64,000 nt of DNA from assembly GCA_951406725.2 (NCBI GenBank), contig OX597832.1:8308001-8372000 (forward strand), given 5' to 3'. The notes beneath the pieces were generated by a model, which worked only from the letters and a program-made list of their open reading frames with translations, did not search any database and was not told the origin of the DNA. Each line of letters begins with the position of its first letter. The first letter of the stretch is position 1. Positions 53,731 to 64,000 of this stretch are shown here, piece after piece. The translations under genes were made by a program, and so were the position numbers. This stretch comes from Octopus vulgaris. Lineage: Eukaryota.

Positions 53731-54761
53731 ATTTATATCGCGGTACAGAGGCTTGTTTATTACTTTCATCACACATTGTGTAGAGCCAGTTTTTTTTCCT
53801 TCTCGGACATGACAATATAATAATTCAATGTAAGGCCTTGCTCCTAATACCTATTTTTCTATTCTATGTATTTCTGACAGTGTCATACGTGGACATCATA
53901 GAAGATGTAGCGCAGTGTTTACAAATACTGTGACTCAGAGTCACGTCATTCCTGGCTCGTGTGCACTTTTGACAAAACAACTACAATTTTCCTTGGTAAA
54001 ATTCAAAACATCGGCAACCACAAAATGGGAGAAAGTCCGTGGATCTATTTCTTTAATCAGATAATGAAAACAACTTGCAAATGGGTCTTGAATAACACAA
54101 TCCAATTCTTGTTTGCATAATTACCAGCTCTTCGATCAACTTGATTCTATTAAGATCTTTGTCTTTCTGTTGTGTGTTTTGTCCTTTATTTTCTCTCCGC
54201 TAGTGCAGTGGGTCATACAAAAGATCATATACTCCTCTATGCCAGAAAAATAATATTCTGTGGTAAAAAAATAAAGAAAAAAGTTGCTGCTACCGAAAGC
54301 CTTGAAATTTTGCGAACTTAAGCACACATTGAATTTTATTCGCATTGAAACTGTTGCCAGCCACAGGAGCTGGGTCATGATGTTGCTGAAGTGGTATGAA
54401 TAGAAAGTGTAATGAATTCAACTGATTTCACGTAGTTCCCTAACGGTACTGCTTAAAGTAAGGATCTTTTTCAAATAAAAAAAAACATGATGGAGAAATG
54501 AGTAGCGTCACAACTCCGTTTTTGGTATTTCTCCAAATGTAGAGCTTGAAATTACGTTTTGCATAGAAACCCAATGCTGAAGACATTTTGTAGCTGTTCC
54601 TCCAAGTAGAATGATAATGAAAATCTACCCGAACTCATGCTCCGCTGTATTAAGTAGAAAAAAATGGTTATATTTAACGATGTTGTTATTCCTTACTTTG
54701 GTTAAAAAACAAAAGATATTGCCAAATAATATGTATTTTAACTGTGTTGAATTCATCGTGG

Positions 54762-55040
54762 TCTAGAAGACCGCTTTTGGTCATGAATGACCATGAGATT
54801 GCACCTTGGATGTTTCCCGCCGAGGCACAAGTCTAGGCAAAGTTGTTTATAGAAGCAGTCGTCCATGCATACTACCCTACTCTCTCCATGCTGCCGATGT
54901 TACCAAGGCAAAAAGAAAGGCCGATACAGCTTGGTGTCAGTGACGTCGCAACTGATCCCTAGAGCTAAGTGAAGTGGAGCAACGTACAACCTAGTCCGGG
55001 AATTGAGCTCACCCCCTCATGATTGTGAGCCCGACGCTCT
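54762..55040 (-). mobile_element. tRNA-derived SINE (related head, different body)
   Basis: Minus strand ggcacatggtccagtggttagagcgtcgggctcacaatc...gagctcaattcccgg. Confidence 0.7.
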
Positions 55041-56305
55041 AACCACTGGACCATGTGCCTTCAATCATAAGCAATAATTACAGCAAAGATAACGCTGATT
55101 TCAAATTTTGGCTCAACGCCACCAACCTCAGTGGATAGGGTAAGTCAATAACACTAACCCTTGTGCTCAACTGGGAGCTATTTTATCCTGAAAGAATGAA
55201 AGGCAAAGTCGGTCTCAGCCGATTTGAAATCAGAACGTAAAGGGGGACAAAATGATACTAAACCTTTTTATCTGTCGTGCTAACGATTCGGCCGTCTCAT
55301 CGCCTTAGAACTGACAAAAGAAATAATAATAATTATAACATCAGCTACACGAAAACAACGAAGAGAAAACGAGTACATGAGACAAAAACACTAGTGATAT
55401 TGTAAAGATGAACGACTTGTAAGATATTAGATAAAACAATAAAAAAAAAACATCAACCACAGCAAAAATATTATCAAGAAAAAATCAGCAACAATGCGTA
55501 GAACAACTTTCAATCAATATTTTGCAATACTGATAAATTAAACGTGTTTTGCTTCAGATCCACACTTTGGCATATCATTGATCTAATGTGTTCCAGCTGT
55601 CATCGTTTATTATTCCTCTATAAGGAAAATGTTTCGTGACTATCAATTTTAAGACATAAGATTTAGGTTGATTTGGCTGATATTTCTAGCATGTTAAAAA
55701 GCCAGCTGTAAGTTTCCTTTCTGTCTCTTTTTTTTAGCATAGTAAGCTAGCGGAGATAGTAGAGAGCTATACATGCATCAATCAGTTACGATTTTGTAAC
55801 ACCAGACGTCAAGCACAGCGAAATTCAACTTTGGCCTTCGGATAACTCTGCAGATGATAAAATAAGTAACGGTGGATACAGTTGACACTTAACCTTTTCG
55901 TAGAGGAAAATATGATAAACTATATATACATATATAAAACAAAAATCAATATTTATAATTAAATTTGAAATATTTATTCAATATGTCAAACAGCGCATTA
56001 AGAAGGTATTTCGAATTATTTTTTATCATAGAAATCCGTATATAAATATATCTAATCTAACATTACCTACAGTAAGATTCATGATGTTTCACAGTTTGAT
56101 ATTCAGAATTTTGTTGTCAATTCGAGACAGAATTTTGGCAAGAAATACAACCAAAATACACACAGCATATGCATTCCAAGGCATATAATGCACTTAAACT
56201 AATACATTTGTATCCGTCAACTAGCAAGTAAAAACGCACACGTGTGTGTGTATACATAGGCACATACATAAATACATATATATATATACACACGCATATA
56301 TATAT

Positions 56306-56363
<58 letters not shown>

Positions 56364-56390
56364 GTATATATATACATATACATATAAACA

Positions 56391-56475
<85 letters not shown>

Positions 56476-57069
56476 GTATATATATATATATATATACATG
56501 CACACAGACACATATATATACACATATGTATATATATATCAAAGTATCAAATATATATATATATACAAATACATATATATATACATATGTAAGCGTGCAT
56601 ATGTATGTATGTACGTTTGTATGTATGTGTGTGTGTTTCTGGAAGAGTGTGTGTCTGTATTTGTGGTTGTTTATACAAACATATATATACTCGTATACAT
56701 ATATATATGTGCATATATATTGTTTTGAGAAATGTTTCCATATGTATTCAAAAACGGAGTGAATTTTTTTCTATTATTGGTAACTGCTGAAAAATCACAT
56801 TGTTAATAGCTAATAAACTTGTACATCATTCCCTGACTTTCTTCTATATCTTCTCTCTTTTTACTGGTTTTCTCTATCTTCCTCTCTTTCTTTTTCTCTC
56901 TCCCCCTCTCTCTATATATATATCTGTTTATATTCAATAATTTCATATGCATTGTATATGTGCGTGTGTGCGTGAGTATGTGTGCATATGTGTATATTTA
57001 TGTATATGCATATATGTATTTATATATATGAATATATATGTATATATATATACATATATATATACATAC

Positions 57070-57117
<48 letters not shown>

Positions 57118-57294
57118 CAATTTATTCCTGTGTATGTGTATATATATATGTATATATATATATATACTTACACAACATACACAGACACACACACGTAAAT
57201 ATACATGTTTGTTTAAATGTACCCGTTGAGCGATTGAGTGAGGCACTATGTGAGCGAAAGAGCATAAATGCGGAGAGGTGTGCGCCCCTGTGTT

Positions 57295-57359
<65 letters not shown>

Positions 57360-57655
57360 TAAGTAAGTAAGTAACATTCATGTGTTAAGAAACAAACTTC
57401 GCTTACGCTAAAACAGTATGTCTTCTGAGACGGAATATTTTCTATCTCTAAAAGTGGTAAGATCGGAACAGAGGTTTGTGCTTAAGGAATTGGAACAGAT
57501 ATCATTCACAGCAGTTAGTGATGAATATGATATCAAAGAATTAGAAATAGTATAATGAAACGATGCCATTTCATGTTAAGCGAACACGTATATTACACTA
57601 TTATACGTTATATATATTTAATTTTATATATATATATATATACATTGAATTTATA

Positions 57656-57733
<78 letters not shown>

Positions 57734-57966
57734 ATATTTTTTTTACTTATCTCATAAACTTTTTAATACTTTTTAATAGTTATATATAATTATAAAGAAA
57801 ATTATAGATATACATATAAATATAAATTAATAATTTTAAATTTAAATAATTTAAATTTTAAATTTTATATTTCATATATTTTGTAAATTATTTTAATTAT
57901 TTTTATTTTTATGTTTTGGTTTATATTTTTCACTGTTTGATTTGCCTAATAGTGGTTTTATCTCTA

Positions 57967-58020
<54 letters not shown>

Positions 58021-58739
58021 TAGCAACAGAAATAATGCCAATACTAAAAGCGGTTGTTACCGTGAGACTAACTCTCATATTGACCTTTTGGTGAAATCTG
58101 CAGTTTTGTTTATATCGCTAGCAGAGAGATAAACTACCCACTAACTGCAGGTTCAAAATGTCCAGATATAATTACTTAGACCTTGTTTGGTCTTGTCCAC
58201 GACGGGCACCGGACCGCTTCTGTCAGAAGCGATTCATCTCCTCGCCAGCGATACATAAATTGAGAGTGACAGACCAGCCACTGGTGTCGTGATTAGCCAG
58301 TTAGCCCGTTAAAATATATATATTAGCGACAGGGGCAGTGTCAATACTAAGAGATAATATTTCTCCCCATTTAAACCTGGATATTCTATTAGAACAAACT
58401 ACACTGCAGTTGTTACCATACGACAAACACTCATATTCATTTTTTAGTGATAAATACACTTTTTTATATCGCTAGCGGGGAGGAAAAAAAGCTGCTACCT
58501 CCGCCAACGAGACCACCAGATATATCCATCAATGACAAGACCAAACAATATAGAAATGACGTTATCGGATGGTCGCGTCGTTGGAAGTAACTGGAGTGTA
58601 TCTAACCTCCTAGGGATATAAATATGTCGGTTTGTAACGTCTGCCTATTATAAACGACGTAAATATCTATCTACCCATCTTTCTCTGTCTCTCACTCTCT
58701 CTCACTCTCTCTCTCTATGTACATATATGTGTGTGTATT

Positions 58740-58804
<65 letters not shown>

Positions 58805-58865
58805 GTTTTAAAAATATTTTATCTAGTTTCAGCTCACGAGCTGTGGCCATGCTGGGGCACCACCA

Positions 58866-58993
<128 letters not shown>

Positions 58994-59433
58994 GTATATA
59001 TATATATTTGCGTGTGTTTGTGTGTGTGTGTGCGTGTGTGAGTGTATGTGTGTGTATGTGTGTAGTACCGGTTTATGAATACTCAAATATGAGGATATGC
59101 TTGCGAAGCAGCTTTATGGATAAGTACTTAACGGAGCATGTGAATTTGCGACGTTTCAGCTCACTCGTCGATTTCTCTGATGCTTTATCTCGTGGAGAAA
59201 ATATTTCGAATGTTACGAACAAAATACCTTCGAATATTTGGAACACAAATAAACATTCTGAAATTTACAAACTGTGTTTTGGTATTTTGTTTCAGATGAG
59301 CAATTGGATTGGCTATCTTTCTGTCCCTCTGTGTCTCTCAGTCTGTCTATTCACCTGCCTCTTTCTCTTACATACACACATATGCATACATACAGATGCA
59401 TGTACATAGATACATACATATATATTTAGACCG

Positions 59434-59464
<31 letters not shown>

Positions 59465-59545
59465 TATATATATATGATTTTTTATTTTTTGATTTTTCCA
59501 GTTTCAGCTAATGAGCTGTGGCCATGCTGGGGCACCGCCATTTAC

Positions 59546-59613
<68 letters not shown>

Positions 59614-59968
59614 GCATGTACCTGCTTGTGTTACTGTTAGTCTATGTCTAGCTGACCTTCTATCTATCTATCTATCTATCTATATTTACTGATATGTATA
59701 TGAGTGTGTGTATGTGTTGTGCGTACATATACACACACACACACAAGAGCACATACACACACACACATTTGTATATAGTATTTCCGCTACGTGTTCGCGT
59801 AACATTTTTCATATTTTTTAAATAGTAAAGTAACTTCTCTGGGCGGAATTGAGGTTGAGATTGTCTCATCAGGTGTGGGTATGCATTTTCTTATGTTTTC
59901 TACTTAACTGTGAGTTCACTTATCGCACCTACCCCGCGCTACATTTTCATCACCTATATATATTTATA

Positions 59969-60016
<48 letters not shown>

Positions 60017-60021
<5 letters not shown>

Positions 60022-60183
60022 AGTCGTGGATGTGTGGTAAGAAGCTTGCTTTCCAGTCAAGTGTCTCCTGGCTCAGTCCCATTGCGTGGCACCTTGGGCG
60101 ACTGACTCTTACTATAGCTTCTGGGCAACCAAATCCTCGTGAGTGGACTTAGTGGGCGTAAACTGAAAGAAGCCAGTCGCGTA
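60017..60183 (+). mobile_element. OK-like SINE head
   Basis: gcgcagtcgtggatgtgtggtaagaagcttgct...gcgtggcaccttggg; an uninterrupted target site. Confidence 0.8.
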
Positions 60184-60186
60184 TAT

Positions 60187-60386
60187 ACTCTTTACTCTTT
60201 TACCTGTTTCAGTCATTTGACTGCGGCCATGCTGGAGCACCGCCTTTAGTCGAGCAAATCGACCCCGGGACTTATTCTTTGTAAGCTCAGTACTTATTCT
60301 ATCGGTCTCTTTTGCCGAACCGCTAAGTGACGGGGACGTAAACACACCAGCATCGGTTGTCAAGCAATGCTAGGGGGACAAACACA

Positions 60387-60466
<80 letters not shown>

Positions 60467-60606
60467 TACGACAGGCTTCTTTCAATTTCCGTCTACCAAA
60501 TCCACTCACAAGGCATTGGTCGGCCCGGGGCTATAGCAGAAGACACTTGCCCACGATGCCACGCAGTGGGACTGAACCCGGAACCATGTGGTTGGCTAGC
60601 AAGCTA
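60187..60606 (-). mobile_element. OK-like SINE, complete except for the first ~25 nt displaced by the Tx1-like LINE
   Basis: Minus strand starts tagcttgctagccaaccacatggttccgggttcagtccc and runs through the internal microsatellite to the gtaaaagagtaaaagag tail. Confidence 0.88.
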
Positions 60607-63600
60607 CTTTATTTCATATAATTTGCCATTTAGGCATTTACAAAGAGGGGACAAACAAGGACAGACAAATATAAAGGGTGAAGTAGCTTAACACAGTTAC
60701 AATTTTCGAATGAAATTATGGATAAGATTATAAACAATGAATTTTACGAAGGCAATGTTTAAAAATATTAATGATCATGTCGAAGGACGGACACCCAGCC
60801 ATCCGGGTAGAACCTTTACTTTCTGATCCGATCACACTTACCTGGTGCCAAACATACCCATCTTGTATGCCACAGGCTTCCATCTTTTCACAAACATATC
60901 TCGTGACAGACACCTCTTCTCCAGCCTGATTTTGCTACTGAGGTGGTAACTAAAAAAGTTAATCAACCCCTGGCCGGAGACAAAGGTGCCTGTCACTATA
61001 CCTTTCGTACGCGTCTTCCATACTGTTTCTTTCAGTATGGCTACTACACAGAAAAAACAAGCCTTTCTTTCCCTGTTAAGGAAAGGGGCGGCACAATCTC
61101 GATGATAGACTCAGCTGATAGCTGTACTCTTCCCATCACTGACAACAGTTGTTCAACAAAAGCTATCAGTCCCGATAACTCCGGACACTCCACGAATGCG
61201 TGCAAGACGGTCTCCCTATCCTGCTCACATCGCGGGCATGTCGGCGAGACGGCACTACCGTGCCTTGACAGCTTGTCGCGAACAGGTAAAGCCGCACGGA
61301 AACACTGCCAGGCTAGGGATTTCTGGTAATTATCCAGATACCCCGGCCCGAACGTCCTCCGGAACAGGTTGACCAACTGATTTTCATCGTAGCCCAGGGT
61401 CTCCCCCAAGGCGTCTTCGGACTTAATCTCCACTAACCTGCTATAGAAATCCGTGGTGGAACTCCTGTTGCCGGCGTTGCCCACCCGAGATAGTAGCTGG
61501 AGTGCCTGACGGCAGTCCAAATAACATTCACTCAGTTTAGGTCTCCGCTTGATCCATGCACCGATGTCCGTTAGGGATGTTAACTGGGGAAGGTAGAACC
61601 GGACGTGCGGCGACCACACCTGCTCTCCATCCAGGTAAAGCCAGAGGTGCCTCAACCTTAACGCGAATTTTCGCATCCTCAGCCAAGGCATCCCTAGCCT
61701 ACCCTTTAGCGGTTTCTGGCAGCAGACAGAGCGCTTTACAAGTGGCTTTCCTCCTTTCCACAAAAATCGGAAAAGGATTCTCTCCAACTTGTTCAGCCAC
61801 AAATCGGGGCAAGGCACCACGGTCAGACGGTAGGTGATTACTGATGCTATAAACATCTGCACCACCTCCGCCTTCCCTAGCAGGGATAACGCCCGCCCAG
61901 ACCAGGTCTGGGTTAGAGCGGTCACCTTGTTGGCCACCTCACTCCAATTTTTCTCAATCTGGAGGTCTGGCCCGAACCAGACTCCGAGCAGCTTAACAGG
62001 ACCTTCCATCCAACGCCCTACGACGTTATTGGACGGCTTCGGCTTGCCCCTCCAGGTGCCGAGTTGCAAACCGACCGACTTGTCCTTGTTAACCTTTGCT
62101 CCTGCCACCGCCTCGTAACTTTTGATGGCCTCTTCCACCACTGGAAGCTGGCCTTCGTCTGCCACGATGATGGAGGTGTCATCCGCATACGCCGTAGCTC
62201 CTCTTCCACACCATAGATCATGCGGCGCGCCCCCTAGTACCTCCAACTTCCGCAGCAAAGGCTCAAGAGCCAATACGTATAGGAGCGAGGACAGGGGACA
62301 CCCTTGACGAACTGAACGCTCGATCCTGAACGGCTTCGAAAAGGAACCGTTCACCTTGACTACAGACTCGATGTCGCTATACAAAGCAGCGATCCAACCT
62401 CGAAAGGTCGGGCCTAGGCCAGCCTCTCCGAGGACCGCCGCCAGGTACCGATGGTCGACCCTATCAAATGCTTTGGACTGGTCTAAATGTACCAGTGCTC
62501 CCCCTGCGCCAGAAAGCTTCCCCACCCTCTCTAAGGAGTAGCGTATAAGGTGGAGATTGTCGTGGATCGTTCTGCCGGGGATAGCGCACATTTGCGCTTC
62601 CCCGACAAGTTTGTCCACGACCCGCGCCAACCTTTTTGCTAGCACCTTGGCCAGAATCTTTAACTCTGTGTTTAACAGAGTTATGGGCCTGAAGTTCCCT
62701 ATCTCGTCCCCCTTGTTCGGGTCCTTCCTGATCAACGTCACCGCCCCCCGGCTCGCAGACTTGGGAATTCTCCCATTCTGCTGCCAGTTGGCGTAGACGC
62801 TAGCCAGCAGGTGCCCGAACAAGTCTGGCATACTTCTATAAAATTCATAGGGCAGACCATCGAGACCCGGCGACTTCTCCCCGGGGCACTTGCCCAACAC
62901 CTCGATTACTTCCTCGGCTGTGAATGGCCCTTCACAGCACTCAGCCTCTCGTGTCGAGAGGCGCGGGCCACCAGACAGGAAGTCCCTAAGGGCCTCACCA
63001 TGATCCAGCGTCCCGCACCCCCGAACAACTCGGCGAAGTGCTTGTGAAGTGCCTCACACATCTCGTCCCGCTTCTTGATCGTGCATCCGTTTTCATCAAC
63101 AAGAGACCCAATTGTGGCATCGTTTCCACGCTGTGTTTCTATCGTACGGGCCCATCCGGCAACATTAATCCCCTCACGGCCCAATGCTCGTACTTTAGCC
63201 CGGACTCTACATCCCTCATGTTTGGTTTTGAGGTGACGGTCTAATGCCGTTCTCGCCGCTAAAATGTGAGATGCAGAGCCCAACCTCAACGCCTCCTCTA
63301 AGTTCTTAACTTGTTGCCCTTCTATTCTAGCCCTATCTAGTCTTAGTTGTTTACTAAATCTAATGGACTCGAATCGAATGGCTCTTTTGAGGGTGAACCA
63401 CCACCGGTTATTAACCACGGCTCCGGTTAACGCCCTCTGCACTAACACCTTAATCCGGCTACGGTATGCCTCGCGTGTCAAAATAGACTTGTTCAGCTTC
63501 CAGTAGCCGGTTTCTATCTTAAGTGTGCTATCTATGTCCAGTCTACACGTGACCATTCTATGGTCAGTATAGGGCACCTGGACGAGCTGTGGACAACTAA

Positions 63601-64000
63601 AACTAGACTTATCTCTAGTTCTTATCACTATCCTGTCTAGATAAGACTTGAACCTTCCGTCGCCACTCATCCAGGTCCACTCTGGGACGTTCGGATGGTC
63701 AAGTCTGTAACGATCTGCTAGCTGAAACCGCTTAAGCAGATCTACGAGACGTGAGTTCACTTTCCTATAGATCGAGCCAACGCTATCGATGTGTACGTCA
63801 ACGATAGCATTAAAGTCCCCTAATATCACTAAAGTCTTCGACGTCACGAGAAAGCCCTCTAGGCGCCGATAAAAATCAGTTTGGAAACCTCTAGCACAAG
63901 GTGCATAGAGTCCGATCAACCTGAAGGCCTTACTGCTGTATGTCACATCAAGGACGACCAGCCCACCTTCTGGGTCTACATAGACTGTACTTGTCTGTAG
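60607..64000 (-). mobile_element. Tx1/L1-clade non-LTR retrotransposon (continues beyond the window)
   Basis: APE + RT + C-terminal zinc finger. The 3' UTR ends with ATGAAATAAAG at 60607. Confidence 0.93.
60838..64000 (-). CDS. Tx1-like ORF2: apurinic endonuclease, reverse transcriptase, zf-RVT (two 1-bp frameshifts near 63020 and 61060)
   Basis: GDFN, SYLDRI, TDH, GYWKLN, KSPGLDGLP, FRPITLLN, DQSKAFDRV, RQGCPLS, YADD, CPRCEQDRETVLHAFVEC. Confidence 0.92.

Noticed and set aside
54120-54650. Possible CUB/LDLa-like pseudogene on the minus strand (FQALHLE...SCD; SCGWQQFQCE)
   Set aside because: The motifs fall in different frames among stops and are too short to distinguish from chance.

Overview
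AT-rich, microsatellite-saturated eukaryotic DNA. The SINE repertoire and repeat style point to an octopus genome (inference). No confidently intact host gene is present, and most listed ORFs are microsatellite read-throughs. The window is a dense collection of retroelements: Neptune-type Penelope-like elements (PLEs; RT + Zn finger + GIY-YIG), a Tx1/L1-clade LINE, an ORF1-only (HAL1-like) element, an R4/Dong fragment in (TAA)n, RTE fragments and many tRNA-derived SINEs. Main observations: (1) the Tx1-like LINE and the ORF1-only element share a 3' terminus and sit at the same nucleotide of the same SINE family, and a second SINE carries the LINE's 3' tail; (2) an 8-kb near-perfect head-to-head palindrome of a young PLE, with smaller fold-back PLE tails of the same design; (3) about a dozen minimal hammerhead ribozyme motifs at PLE 3' ends, including C3-G8, U3-A8 and G3-C8 compensatory core variants; (4) a candidate -1 frameshift joining PLE ORF1 to its RT ORF.
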